NCBI GenBank assembly: GCA_054600435.1
Contig: BAAIJX010000072.1
Coordinates: 1-64,000, forward strand
Source: Neophaeotheca triangularis
Lineage: Eukaryota
DNA: 64,000 nucleotides
Reading direction: 5' to 3'
Shown: piece by piece, positions 34,241 to 46,825 of the stretch
How the letters are laid out: each line of letters begins with the position of its first letter
Position numbering within the stretch: the stretch's first letter is position 1
The notes under the pieces: generated by a model
Told to the model about the DNA's origin: nothing
The model's database searches: none
Seen by the model: the letters and a program-made list of their open reading frames with translations, nothing else
Translations under genes and position numbers: made by a program

Positions 34241-36478
34241 ATGAGGCCTGGGTATAACTGGGACGGCAAGCGAGACATTTGCTACCGACTCTCATGCGTA
34301 GAGGGCAAGTCTGTACCTCAGATCCAGCAGTATTTCATCGACAACTACAACATATCAAAGGACCAACTTCCAGCGTAAGTTCTTCCTTCTCTCCCGTCCA
34401 CAGTCTGGCTTGCCAGCGTTAAACTTCACCAAACGAGAGAGCTAACTTTACATCTCAGTGTGTCAGCGTTCCGCAAGCGTTTCCATGATTGGGGCTTCCC
34501 GGTCAGAAAAGGCAGGCTTTCAGAAGATGATAAGAAGAAGATTCTCATCCGGGCAAAGGAGCTCTGGGCTGAGAATCTTGGCCACAAGGATGCTCTCGCT
34601 ATCATTCAGAGCGAGGGGTTTCCGGATCTCAACTATCGTAACCTCATGACCATGCGACGGGACAATGGCATGAAAGTGCGCATCGTCGAGAGGCTTCCCT
34701 TTAAGCGAAGACGAGGCAGCAACGATGCAGAGGCTACTCAAGGTGAAGATGGCGAAGTGACAGAGGAGAATGAGAGATATGACGAGCGTGACCATTCTGG
34801 AGAGGCAAACGGCACCGAAGTGCCCGCGCCAGCGAATGTTGCTCAGGTGCTCTCAGCTCCAGCACCTCAGGTGTCACCTTCGGAGCAGTTGTATCGTGCT
34901 CAACAGATCCAAGAGCTTCAAGTGCCATCCAGCGAAAAGGTCAAACCCCGAAAACGTTGTCGTATTCGAGACGTAGGATCCCTGCCTACGGACGCCAATG
35001 GCTTGCCACCCTGTCGTGGCTCCCTGATCAGTCTCTGCGAGTCCAAAGTCGCGCTTGAGCTGGAAAACGAAATGTACAGACAAGTCCGGGAGGTGATGCA
35101 CAACGTTTTTGGAGACATGGATATCGACAGAAAGATTACAGCACCACCAGGTATGTGGGATGCAGCGAAGAACAGGATTTGCACCGAGTATCCGCACCTC
35201 GCCGAAGTCTTCGCAGATCCAGCGCGGGGCCGTGGCGCCGATTTCAAGACCAAGGATTTTGCCTTCGAGGCAATCGCCCATAATGTGCTGAAGATCATGC
35301 GAAACAGCGACAAAAAGATATCCGTCGCCAAAGCCGGCCTGACGCTGGGCATGAATCCACTCGAGTCTGGGCAGCTTCGCAGGGAATGGTACAAGATTCT
35401 AGAAAAGTACGAGTTCACTGCCAAAAATAAGTGCCCCGAGGATCGCTGGACGCAGATGAAGCGCGAATGGTTTGATGGTAGCGAACATTTGCTCAAACTG
35501 GAGAGGGAGGGGTTGGATCACTACAAAGAAATGTGTATAGACCGGCTTATGAAGGATGGCACGGGTCGGCATCTGGAGATTCTAAGAAGGCAAAATCCCA
35601 AGAATTCGAACCTTCGTCACAAGGACTTACCCGGTCCGAGACCTTTGAGGAGCGCTACGGGGGCGGGCTTGAGCAGTAGGAAGAAAGGGGCACCCATCAG
35701 CGGCGGTGATGCTGCCCAACTTTCAAGGGGAGGACCCACTGCATCAGCAATGGGGATGAGCCCTGATGCGGATTTTGTGGCACAGTTCCAGGCGTTTGAC
35801 GATGGCTTCGATTCCGCGATGCCGTCTGAGCCAGGGCATTACACCGGTGCTGCTGCCTCTTCTCTTGACCCGCAGCTCCAGGACAGTCACGCTCCACCAG
35901 GAGCTGCTTCACAGCTTCTTCCCTACCATACCCCCGCTCACGCCCACAGCTATGCCTTACCCAACCTTCCGCCTTCCTTCGACCGAGGCAACAACATCAA
36001 CAACTACGAGCAAGATCCACCACAAGCACCCTCCGCCGCTCCACCTCCCCCAGAACCAGCTTCAATACCCCCCTTCTCCGCCCCCCGCACTAATACCAAA
36101 TCCAAAAAACCCGCCACCACATCCAAAAAACCCGCCACCACATCTAAACCCGCCCAACCACCACCAGAACAACAGAAACCAATCCCAGCCTACTTCCGTC
36201 TCTCCCCTGCAAGCCAACAAACCAACCCCTCCCACCCCAAACTCTGGCTCGGCAAACTCCGCTCCCGCACCCTAGGCGCTTTGCATGGCGAAGCCACGGC
36301 GAAAGTCTCTGCCGCACGAGTCGGGAAAATCTGGGGCATTGTTAGAGAGAAGCTTGCGGGCGGTGAGGAGGAGGAGATCGAATATGTTATTGATGAGGCG
36401 GAGGAGTTGGAGATTTATCTTGAAGAGGCTAGTGAGAGGGGAAAGGCGGTTTTTGTTGTTGAGTTTAAGGGGTTTTAG
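34241..36478 (+). CDS. Clr5-domain hypothetical protein
   Basis: Exon 34241-34374, intron 34375-34458 (GTAAGT..CTAAC..CAG), exon 34459-36478. The N-terminal YNWDGKRDICYRL...AFRKRFHDWGF matches the Clr5-domain pattern. Confidence 0.7.
36100..36141 (+). repeat. 21-bp in-frame tandem duplication (SKKPATT x2)
   Basis: ATCCAAAAAACCCGCCACCAC twice, followed by a partial third copy. Confidence 0.9.
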
Positions 36479-36995
36479 GGGTCGCTGGGAGGGAGGTTGG
36501 TGGGTTTCTAGGAGTGAAGAGGTTTGCTAGCATGCGTTTCCCTCGAGACTGTGGCATCGGCAGATTATGACTTGCTGGTTTTATAGGGACTTGTTGGCGG
36601 TGAACCATAGCATTATTTTCAAGAATAGGTACGCGATGATGGGCAGCGCCGGAAATGGACAGAATCTCTAGTAGACCGGCATTGCACATTGTCCAAACAC
36701 AAGACGGTTCAACCCCTAAAAGCTTGTATATACCGAATAGGCCGTCGAGCGTTGTCTAGAATGTTCAAGTAGAGTGCTGCATGTGAACAATAATGCAGGC
36801 TTCACCACTTTTTGGCCGTTGAGTAGCTTCGCCTAACTGCGGCCAATCATGTGCGGAAGCGCGGACCTCACCTGAGAGAGCCCGAACGCTTTGTAGTACT
36901 AGGTACCTCCACAGGTACTGCCCCTCCACTCTCCTCTTCTTCAATCATTTGCTCTTCCTCTTTCCGACCAGTCCACCCAACACGATCGGCTGGAC

Positions 36996-38888
36996 ATGTC
37001 CTCACCTCCGGAGATGCCGCCTCCGTCCGCACCAAGTCTCAGTCCGACGACAGAAACGATGGCGCAAGTGCCGAACCATCAGACCGCAGCACCTCTACTT
37101 CCGACAGCTTCAGAAGCCGTTCCAGCCTCGTCCACCAACCAGCCGGAAACTTCGACTACGACCGGCGCAACGATCTCACGGCAAAAGCGCCCTGCAAGCG
37201 CAACGGACCTCACGACCTGTCACTCGCCCATCCAGCAAATGCCATCGACTGCAGTAAATGCGCCAAACCTCACGACAGCCGCGCCAGGCGCATCATCACT
37301 TAGTTACACCACCCCATCTCACTCGAATGCGCACCCACCTCCCCCAGGCCTACGGGCAGATCAACCAGGTCAAGCATCCGCACACCTCCCTCACCCACCT
37401 CCACCGGTAGCAACCCAACTTCCTATCCAAGCCATCGCCTTCACAGCCATGAACGCGCAACCACACCCAACAAGCCAACCATCAGCCAAACGGCGCAAAG
37501 TGAACAATACTCGATCCAACAACAACACCAAGCTCGGCCGTCCGCCCAAACAACAAGTACAACAAATACGTCCACCACTAGCTCCTCGCATCCTCCCAGC
37601 ACTCAAACCCGCCCCACCCCGACCAACCCAAATATTTACTCCCGAACCAACACCTCCCAAGCCCCCACAACCACGAATGTCCTTCTACTCCCTACCACCC
37701 GAACTCCGCGAAGAAATCTACAAACTCGCTCTAGGCAGTCTGCGAATCCACATCCTCCCCCTCGCCAGCGACCATGCCAGATGTCAACACCCACTAACCC
37801 TTACCTCGCGACAAATCCGCAGCGAAGTGCTGCCCCTCATCCATAAGACTCGCCCCATCCAAGCCAACATCACCGACTTCAACTTTGACGGCTTGCTGGC
37901 CTGGCTCAGCCGCATTCCGGTCAACGAACCAAAGGACACTCTCTGCAAGAACCCTGATCTCCGCATCTACCTCTCGTCCTCCATCCCGGCCAAAGAGAAA
38001 CCCGGAAAGTTCGAATCCATGCGCAAATGGATGCACGATCGCGCGGATCCCTGTCGTTTCCAACCGGCGTGGGTTTATGCGGGCCCCGTGGCTGCGAGCA
38101 GAACGGCTACGGAGTTGAGGCGCAGAGTGACTAGGCAAACGGACGTGCGTGTGAAGGCGGAGCTGATGAAACTCGCAAGCGCGGTTGGGGTTTCAAGGTT
38201 GGATCAGGCGAAGAAGAGGGGCCCGAAGAAGATTATGGCCGGAGGTGGTGGTGGGGAGAGGGACGCTGCGGCTGAGCTGGTGGAGGCTATGGATGCGGCG
38301 GGTGAGGGCGGGGAGGAGGTTGACGAGAGAGAGAGTACGGAGGAGGCTGACGAGGGTCGTGCCGGTGGCCTGCAGAGACGGGACAACTCTTACTCGAACC
38401 GCGGGTCTGCTATGAACGACTCCCGTTCAAATTTTGCTGCTTCTCGCGACCCTCCTAGAAGCGTCATCGATCCAGCCATGGAAGATCCCGAAGCCTCTCG
38501 CGCCATGAACTCCCCCGCTGTCATCGGACCCGTAGTCGGCTTCAGGCCCGCCGAGAATTTCGTGGCCGTGAACACCGGGTCGCAAAACTCTCACCACCAA
38601 ACGCCCAGCGAGAGCGCTCAAGACGATGCAGCTGTTCGGCCAGCGAAAGCTCCTTCGGCCGTGGACGTGGCGGAACACTCGCGCGCTCCTACCGCTGTAA
38701 TGGAAGAGAACGCCAGCGCTTCTGTGTGGGGCGAGAGAGTCGCGCAGACTAGCAGCTCGGCCGGCAATAATGTGGGCAGGGTCACCACTGAGGCCGTCGC
38801 AATCGCCGACGCACAAGCCGAATATTCCGCCCCTATAAATGCGGACGCTAGAGACGGGACTGACATTGAATTGAGGGATGCTCGCTAA
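36996..38888 (+). CDS. Hypothetical protein with F-box-like motif
   Basis: 630-aa ORF. SFYSLPPELREEIYKLAL...PLTLTSRQIRSEVLP resembles the F-box-like/2EXR-type motif family. Pro-rich N-terminus with an NLS-like AKRRKV. Confidence 0.65.
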   Translation: MSSPPEMPPPSAPSLSPTTETMAQVPNHQTAAPLLPTASEAVPASSTNQPETSTTTGATISRQKRPASATDLTTCHSPIQQMPSTAVNAPNLTTAAPGASSLSYTTPSHSNAHPPPPGLRADQPGQASAHLPHPPPPVATQLPIQAIAFTAMNAQPHPTSQPSAKRRKVNNTRSNNNTKLGRPPKQQVQQIRPPLAPRILPALKPAPPRPTQIFTPEPTPPKPPQPRMSFYSLPPELREEIYKLALGSLRIHILPLASDHARCQHPLTLTSRQIRSEVLPLIHKTRPIQANITDFNFDGLLAWLSRIPVNEPKDTLCKNPDLRIYLSSSIPAKEKPGKFESMRKWMHDRADPCRFQPAWVYAGPVAASRTATELRRRVTRQTDVRVKAELMKLASAVGVSRLDQAKKRGPKKIMAGGGGGERDAAAELVEAMDAAGEGGEEVDERESTEEADEGRAGGLQRRDNSYSNRGSAMNDSRSNFAASRDPPRSVIDPAMEDPEASRAMNSPAVIGPVVGFRPAENFVAVNTGSQNSHHQTPSESAQDDAAVRPAKAPSAVDVAEHSRAPTAVMEENASASVWGERVAQTSSSAGNNVGRVTTEAVAIADAQAEYSAPINADARDGTDIELRDAR

Positions 38889-39646
38889 GCGCTACGCGAG
38901 TGAACGATATTCTTCCACTACAATCTTTACACGGACGAGAAGTTTGGCTTCCACGCCATTGCGCAACGGATCCAAGCGCGAGGTCTTACAATGCGATCAT
39001 GCCGCATAACACGGAAATATCACTTTGTCCGTCTTCCGCCTTTTCCAGCGGTTGACAGCGCGAGCATCGATCTGGCTTGAGACATTCTGACGAATTTTCT
39101 ATCTCGACCGCTGCTTCAGCTATCCTACCTGGAGGTTTACAGTACAAGCGGTTACCTGATACTTTTTCTCGCCGCATGGCTGACTAGTCACGGCGATGAA
39201 GTCGATGGGATATCGTTGAAGCGATGAGCGTTTTCCCTGCAGAGTTTAGTGGGTTTTGGGTTCTGGGAGTTGGGTCTTGATTGTAGATATCCCCCTTTTC
39301 ATTTTCTCCTTTGCGGTCGGTGTTGATGATGGTGTTGATGGTGGTTAGGCCGGGTGCTGGGTGCAAGACGCGGACGGAGGTCGAAGGCAAGAATGAGGAA
39401 GGTACTCAGTCTAGCATTAGAACACGGTCTCTCATGGACATGTGATAAGAGGGATTGAGCAAAGACTGGAGGCTAAGGTGCATCGTAGAGTGTATAGACA
39501 TTTCGATTATCATACTGTTATATCAACGTTATGGAGGTAGGTAGTATCCATGGATGCTGTAAGATGGTATACTTTGTTAGTGTGGACTTTGTGAAACCTC
39601 CAGTGGACCCAGAACGGACAACCGAGGTTTGTCAGCAATGGACCGC

Positions 39647-39655
39647 ATATATAAA
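39647..39655 (+). promoter_or_regulatory. TATA box of the GST gene
   Basis: ATATATAAA about 150 nt upstream of ATG 39803, followed by a CA-rich leader. Confidence 0.5.
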
Positions 39656-39802
39656 TTCACCAACGATACCTACTACAACACTTTTTTACCCATCCACCTC
39701 AACGACTCCACCTCGACGCAAAACAAGAACCACCACCCAAACGCTCCAAACACAACCACCCGCCACAACCCCCAAAACCTCCAAACAAAGGGAAAAACAG
39801 CC

Positions 39803-40489
39803 ATGCTCACAATCCACCACCTCCAAGTCAGCCAATCCGACCGCCTCCTCTGGCTCTGCGAAGAACTCTCCATCCCCTACAACCTCGTCCTCCACAAACG
39901 GGACCCCCTGCTCGCACCCCCCGCTTACCAAGCCCTGCACCCTCTAGGCGCGAGCCCGGTCCTCCAAGACTCCGCGACCGGCACCACCCTAGCCGAGTCC
40001 GCCGCTTGCGTCGAGTACATCATCCACGTCCACGGTGGCGGCAGACTAGTGGTGAAAGCCGGGGAGCCCGGGTACGCGGACTATTTGTATTGGTTCCATT
40101 TCGCGAACGGCACATTGCAGCCAGCGGTGAGTAGGAATTTGCTGATGAAGATGGCGGGGCTGGCGGGGGAGAATGAGATGTTGAAGCGGGTGGAGGCGAA
40201 GCTGGGGCAGGTTTTGGCGTTTATGGATCGGAGGTTGAGGGAGTGCGAGTGGTTGGCTGGGGAGGCTTTTAGCGCTGCCGATGTTATGGCCGTTACCAGT
40301 TTGACTACTATGAGGTGTTTTTATGGGTTTGATTTGAGTGGGTATGAGGGGTTGCTTGCGTGGTTGGGGAGGGTTAAGGGGAGGGATGCGTGGCGGAAGG
40401 CGATGAGTAAGGGGGATCCCGAGTTGGATTTGGATGGGTTGGTTGGGGGACCTCCGCCGCCGGTTTTTGGGGCGTTGAGGGGGATGTAG
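39803..40489 (+). CDS. Glutathione S-transferase (Gtt1-like)
   Basis: MLTIHHLQVSQSDRLLWLCEEL, HPLGASPVL, LAESAACVEYI, YLYWFHFANG and WLAGEAFSAADVM. Confidence 0.92.
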   Translation: MLTIHHLQVSQSDRLLWLCEELSIPYNLVLHKRDPLLAPPAYQALHPLGASPVLQDSATGTTLAESAACVEYIIHVHGGGRLVVKAGEPGYADYLYWFHFANGTLQPAVSRNLLMKMAGLAGENEMLKRVEAKLGQVLAFMDRRLRECEWLAGEAFSAADVMAVTSLTTMRCFYGFDLSGYEGLLAWLGRVKGRDAWRKAMSKGDPELDLDGLVGGPPPPVFGALRGM

Positions 40490-41392
40490 GGGGGAGATGG
40501 AGGAGAGGGGATTGGGAGAAAAGGGGCTGAGTGGAGGGATTCTGTGTGCGCTTGGAGATCTGCCTGCTGAAACCGGTCTGGCGGGATTGGTTGGTCTTGG
40601 AGCGTTTTGGCGGTGTTGGTTGAAGAGGGGAACCGCCACTTGGCTGTTGCGACTTGGAACAGTCGCATGGCTTACTCCTGGATCCCGGCTTTGGATTTAA
40701 TTGCGTCGATAGCAATATGGGACTCCATTCGATATCACGCGGCTCCTGTCTTACGTCGGAGACAGCTCATTCTTCAACAAGGCCCAGATACCTGCTGAGG
40801 ACGTGGTACTGGTAACACAGAATCTCAGCTGGCGTTCTGCTTGTGCTATGCTAAACTTATCCCTTTCTAAAGCATCTTTTGGTGTACTTGGCATGATCGT
40901 TTAGGTCTTCTCTACATGGTCGTCCTCGAAAAGCTTGGCAAGAAAACGGACTCCAACCCTAGCTTGATAATTAACTTTGACAGATCTCTAAAGTGAAGTT
41001 ATGAAACTCCACTTTCGAGAAAAACAATTCTCCCGCACCTTTTGAAATATCATCGCTCAACAATTTCACAACTGTATGAGAGACAGATACCTATTTCCTT
41101 CTACGGCACAGCAGCTACGAACTCGGCAGATCCCTGCGGTCGAGCGGCACAGAAAATCCCCCGCCGCGCGGGTCTGTGTCTGCTCGATCTCTTAAATCGA
41201 TCATGCAAGCCTTACGCGAGTATTTTGCTCATGTACCCAGTCTATCTTGACTCGAAGAGTAGGTGGCATAGCTGCAGTGGTAGGTTTCTGCTTGTCTTAT
41301 TGTTTTCGACGTCTCTGCTTTCTGTGATGCTTTTTACGACTTTTAGTGGCTTGGTCATTGTCTGCTAAAAGACAAGACGAAATCGCAACGCT

Positions 41393-42415
41393 ATGGTTAG
41401 AAGATGGAAGCGAGTGCTGTTGGCGCTGCTGGTGATTGCTTTGTTTCTCGGTGTTGCGAAAGACCTTTCCAGGATCCATCCTCCTGCGGTTTCCGAGGGC
41501 ATTGTCTCTACTAGGACCGAGTCCAAACTCGTCCAAGACATTCTAGAGCACTCGAGACTATCAAACGAGGACGGTCCACCAACTGAGCGACCCAACCACC
41601 AATCAGACTCATGTTCAGATTGTAAGAAATATAAACCCATACGCCCGCCCAAACCCGACCCACCCGCAGGCAAAGACCTCTCCAAAACAATCGTAATGGG
41701 CGCCCTCCTCAACGAAGACATCAGCTGGGTCCGCACCGAGCTCCCTACCTGGCAAAGCGTAATCTACATCGTCGACCTGCCCCCCAACACCACTTCCCCA
41801 ACCGGCCACCGCACCCCGATCAACAAAGCCCGCGAAGCAATGCCCTACCTCACCTACATCATCGACCACTACGAAACCCTCCCTGACATCAACGTTTTCC
41901 TCCACGCCCACCGCGCCGGCTGGCCCCGCGCCTGGCACACTGAAGGCCCACGCCATGACATCGTACGACTGCTACGCAAGCTCAGACTCCCCGCCGTGCA
42001 GCAGAAAGGGTACGCAAACTTGCGCTGTAGCCACGAACCCGGCTGCCCGGACGAGGTGCAGCCTTTCCGGCTCCCGCTCTCGGAGCGCAAAGAGGCGGAA
42101 AGCGCTTTGCCCTACGTCTACGCCGAGTTCTTCAACGCGCCGTTTGCGCAGATGGAGGCGGAGATTGGCGTCGTGGCGGCGCCTTGTTGTGCCCAGTTTG
42201 CGGTTACGCGGGAGCGGATTCGGCGGAGGGAGAAGGGGGAGTATGAGCGGTTTAGGCGGGTTTTGGAAAGGAGTCGTTTGGGCGATGATGTGTTGGGGAG
42301 GGTCATGGAGTATCTCTGGCATATCATTTTTGGGATGGAGATTGTGTTTTGTCCGGATGAGAGGAAGTGTAAGTGTGAGTTGTATGGGCAGTGTTGGAGG
42401 GGGGGTCATGGGTAA
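41393..42415 (+). CDS. DUF3431-family type II membrane protein (putative Golgi glycosyltransferase-like)
   Basis: N-terminal signal anchor. Motifs NKAREAMPYLTYIIDHYETLPDINVFLHAH...WH, GYANLRC..PGCP, APCCAQFAVTRERI and GRVMEYLWHIIFG. Confidence 0.85.
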   Translation: MVRRWKRVLLALLVIALFLGVAKDLSRIHPPAVSEGIVSTRTESKLVQDILEHSRLSNEDGPPTERPNHQSDSCSDCKKYKPIRPPKPDPPAGKDLSKTIVMGALLNEDISWVRTELPTWQSVIYIVDLPPNTTSPTGHRTPINKAREAMPYLTYIIDHYETLPDINVFLHAHRAGWPRAWHTEGPRHDIVRLLRKLRLPAVQQKGYANLRCSHEPGCPDEVQPFRLPLSERKEAESALPYVYAEFFNAPFAQMEAEIGVVAAPCCAQFAVTRERIRRREKGEYERFRRVLERSRLGDDVLGRVMEYLWHIIFGMEIVFCPDERKCKCELYGQCWRGGHG

Positions 42416-42905
42416 GAGATAGGAGGGACGGAAGGGATAGCATGTTTTGGGTGATGAGGAAGGGGTTCCATCCGATCTACTGTGATTTAGTTGTTTTGTA
42501 CCCTCTGTGCATAGTAAATGGTTTGCAATGAGATGGTACCTCAAGGTTGTTCATAGACTGCTTTCACTCTTTGCGACTTCTTAAATGATTCCAGAGAGAG
42601 TGTGGATCCCATTGCACGTCTTTGAAAGAGGTGATATTTCAAACAGACGACTGGAGTGCTCGCAGATGAAGGAGACGACACGGTTGTGACCACTGACTAC
42701 TGCCGATCGATGCCAAGCCGCGCGTGCTTCATCAATGGATGGACACAGCCCCCAAACGTCACCGGCTTCTAGACAAAGTCGACCTTCCATACAATAAGGT
42801 ATACATCCCTTCTTTCCTTTGATGATAATTGACACCACCTGCACTTCTTCTTCTTCGACGACCTACGATCAAACAATCACTCCGCCCGTCACCACCACCA
42901 TCACA

Positions 42906-44776
42906 ATGTCCGGCCTTCAACCCCCTACCATCAACACCCAAGACCCTGGCGCCCACGAGCTAGAAGGTACGTATCCCCCTCAACCATCAGCAAACCACAC
43001 CAAGCTGACCGACCCTCCCCTCCCAGAATCCTCTGACGACCACTTCTCCTCGGCCTCCGAAGGCGGCCGCTCTCAACACGCCCGCAACACCAGCACCGAC
43101 TCCCTCGACTCCCCCGTCCCCGTAACCCGCGTCGAGCGCGTCGACGACAAAGCCGCCCATGGCGAAGTCCCCGGCACTCCAGCCTACAGCTTGCGAACTC
43201 AAGACGCCGTCCCGGACGAAGTGGAAATTGTACCCGAGGGCTCGCGACCGCGTAGCGCGACTAGCAGCGGTGGGAGGAGTAGGGCACAGAGTCATCTGAG
43301 TGGGAGCGAGGAGAGGCCGAGTACCCCAGGTGGTACGCCGGTGCCCAAGACCGTGGTGGATAGGGTTGACGATCGCCCGAGTTATGGAGAAGTTGACGGG
43401 ACGGCTGCGAAGGAGATTCGTATGGCAGATGCGGCGCCCGATGAGGTTCGGGAGGCGCCCGAGGAGAGTAAGGAGGCGTTAGAGGGTAGGTGAGTTCCTG
43501 GGTTTTTTGGCTTTGTTCGCATGATTGAGAGGGGCTCGGATGTGCTGATGTGTTGTTTGTTTCAGATCTGGATCCCGTGGCGAGGCGGACGGGGAGTTTG
43601 AGGCAAGCGGAGAGGTAGTGGGGGAAGATGATGGGGAGAAGAGGCAAGCTTGGTTTAAGGGAATGTGGGAGGGTCAATCGGAACAAGCAGAGGCGAACCA
43701 AGAAGAGACGAAGAATGCTGTTCAGCTTGATGAGGACAAGAACGAAGACGACGAGGACTTTGGCGACGACTTTGACGATTTTGCGGAAGGCGAAGGCAAT
43801 GACGATTTTGGGGACTTTGACGAAGCAGAGGATGCAATTGTTGAAGAGCAACATGCACCACCACAACCTCAACACACAGCACCAGACACATTAGCAGGAC
43901 TTGTAAGTAGCTCACCAAAACAGCTCAACCTCCGCGTGCCTCCCATTATCTCGCTCCAATGTCCCTGTGTACGATCCACGGTAAGCTAACGAAGCACCTA
44001 CAACCCAGCCCGCTCTCAATCTCTCCAACCTCACCCCCACCGACCTTAAAGAAACCACCTCCACCCATCTCTCCGCCATCTTCCCAACAACCGAAACAGC
44101 ACAAACACCCCACCAGCTGTCCTCCGACTCCCCTCCCACTTCGCTCTTCCAAAACCCCCGCTCCCTCTCCCTCTGGCACCAACTCCTCTCCCCACCCCCC
44201 ATGGCCCCACCAAACTGGACCCGCAGCCGCATCCGACGCCTCTTCCTCGTCAGCCTAGGCGTCCCCGTCGACCTCGACGAAATCCTCCCCCCATCCAAGC
44301 AAAAACGCCTAATACTCCCCAACATCAACCTCCCCGCCCGCGAAGCCCCCACAACAGCCACCATCAACCCACCCAGCGACCCCGCCTCCTCTTCCAAAGC
44401 TTCGACAGAAAAAACAAAATCCCGCCCCAACTCCCCCGCCAAACCCTCCTCGTCCTCCCGCTCAAAAGGCCCCCCTCCCCCTCCCCCTTTCAATTCCAAC
44501 ACCGCTTCCCTCCTCTGCTCCACGACCCCGGAAGCGCTGGCGAATTACACGACCCCCGAGTTGCGGTCCCATGTCTCTAGACTGCAAGAGTTGACCGCCG
44601 AGGCCGAGGTGGTTGGTGCTTATTGGGAGGGTCGGTGCCGAGAGGCGCTAGAGGAGAAGACGGCATTGGAGGGTGTTGTGGAGAATCTTATTGGATTTGT
44701 GAAGGGGAGGCGTGAGGGGGGTGGGGGTGGGGGTGGGAGGGAGAGTGGGGTTGGGGTTGGGGGGAGGGGGAGGTGA
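42906..44776 (+). CDS. DUF5102 / Laa2-like AP-1 accessory protein
   Basis: Introns 42967-43026 (in-frame), 43490-43565 and 43903-44008. Acidic FGDDFDDF / DFGDF gamma-ear-binding-type motifs and the conserved RSLSLWHQL..PPPMAPPNWTRSRIRRLFLVSLGVPVDLDEILP. Confidence 0.75.
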
Positions 44777-46825
44777 TGGGCCGGTGGTTGGCATCGGGAA
44801 TCAGGTTTTGAGAGTCGGGGTTGTGTGTGTTTTGGTTTCGTTTTGGACGCTGCGTATGAGCGCTGATTCTATTATAGATGTTGGGTTCTTGGCTGTGAGG
44901 GATTGCTGGTGGCGAGCACTGCTTAATCCTGATCGTAAACGAATACAAGCGGAGCGACAATAGCTGCGACTTCGCTAACTTCCGTCCCTTTCCCTTCCTA
45001 CTATCCCAGCTACCGTTGAGCTCGCGCGCGTAGACAATCCGGTAAAAAGGCGCCGTGGGAGGGGATCTTGAATACGAAGCAAGAAGCGACAGCAGCGTCG
45101 ACATCGGGAACAAAAGGAAAAAGGAGGAAAAAGTATAGCAACTTCAACGCCGAGAAGGGTATGTAACCGGGGCCGTCTGTAACGTACGTAACGTGTTCGA
45201 CGCGGAAACCCAGATCCAGCGCCGAAGCCGTAGCGCTGGCGTGGCCTGTCATCGAAGCATCATGACCTCGAACCGCTCTTGAGAATGCGTCGGGACTCAA
45301 TGGTGGAGGAACAAAAAAAAAAGGCGCGCTCACCATTCGCCCAGCCTCTATGTCCCTGGTGTAGTGAGAGACGGCGCTTTTGCACGTGGAGCGGCCAGGG
45401 TCCGTTGATGCGTGTGAGTGAGGACCTTTGTTGTCGGTGTCGGCTCTTAGCTGTGCCTGTTAGAGTAGCTATGAGGGTTTGCTTGGCCCGCTGCGCCAGA
45501 CTAGGACTCTACTAGTTGGTTGAGTGGAAATGATATCAAAACGCTGAAAATTCTCGGGCTACTATCTGGGCGGGCAGCTAGTTGGCAGTTGCGGCCACGG
45601 TTGCTGTGGTGGGTGGACAAAGGGGTTTGGCATGGTTCATGTAGACGGATAGCCACTTTTCGCAGCCTGGGCTTCGGATTTGACCGTCGGGAGCGCCGTG
45701 GCTGGATGGAAAAGCTAGGTTTCATAGCGAGGAGTGCGGGGGGAGGCAAGGGAATTTGCACTGTGCGAGGGCTGTTGTATCGGAGAGCTGGGGGATGTGC
45801 TCTTGTGGTTGCAGCGAGAGGGAGGTAGCGTATATCTTCCTCGTCTACGGAAAGGGATTATGGGCGCCGAGAAGGGTTACAGTGTGCGGCTCACTTGTTC
45901 CAAGAAGCGGGCAATGCTGCGGCTACCTTGTTCTTGTGGATCCGAGCCCTCAAATGCATACATACACTGTTACGCTCCAGTTTCTATGCAGAACACTTAG
46001 ATCGCGACCGGAGCGCAAGTTTGCAAGAGAGCTCTGGTGCCTGCCAGGTCAGAGCGGTCAAGGCATTGCACCTAACCAGATACGTTCCTCCAAACGATAG
46101 CGAATTTCGAAACTCTTAGAGTGTTCCTCAGGCGAGGAAACTTTGCTTCGTCGCGCTGAAGCCAGCAGTGTCGTTGTCTTCACTAAGGCACCACCATTTC
46201 TTAGGAGCTCGCTCTGTAGTGGAAGAAACTATCGGACTTTCTTCTCAGAAGACCGACCCGGATCGACAGCGAAGGAACCGGACTTTTAGTTTTGTTGTCC
46301 TGGACTCATGCTGAAGTTTCGTATCTATTTTGAGCTTTGGAGGTGTCGCTTTCGTCAAATCCCAATCTGCGCTTTACCGACATGGACGGGGCCACCCGCG
46401 CCTCCCAAGAGAATGCTCCTCTTGCCGTTCGAAAGTTGAAGGCCCATGAACAATGGTGGCCTCTCGTATAGCTGCCGGCTCATCTTGGCTAGCTTCGCAA
46501 ATGGTCCGGTTTCAAGGCTGCTCGTGTCGGATTTGTGGAGGCTGACTTGAGCATCGCATCCATATGCGGGTACTGCCCTCGTCGCTGAACCAGAACTGTG
46601 CCTTTTGAGGTCTGCGTACCTGCCACACGAATAGCAGACCCGCATCCACCATATATTCCCTATCCCAGCCCTTGCCCAGTCCTCCGTGGTGGTACCCCCA
46701 TGATCAGCATGCATGCCCAACCCTTGACCTCCGGCATGCCATCCCTTCCATTGCACAGAAGGCCTCGTCTCCCCATTCCCCAATATCGAAAACCAACAAC
46801 CCATCAAACGCCAAGTCCTCCCAGT

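Noticed and set aside
39629..39802. N-terminal extension of the GST in the ORF track
   Set aside because: It overlaps a TATA box and a CA-rich leader. GST homology starts at MLTIHHL (39803).
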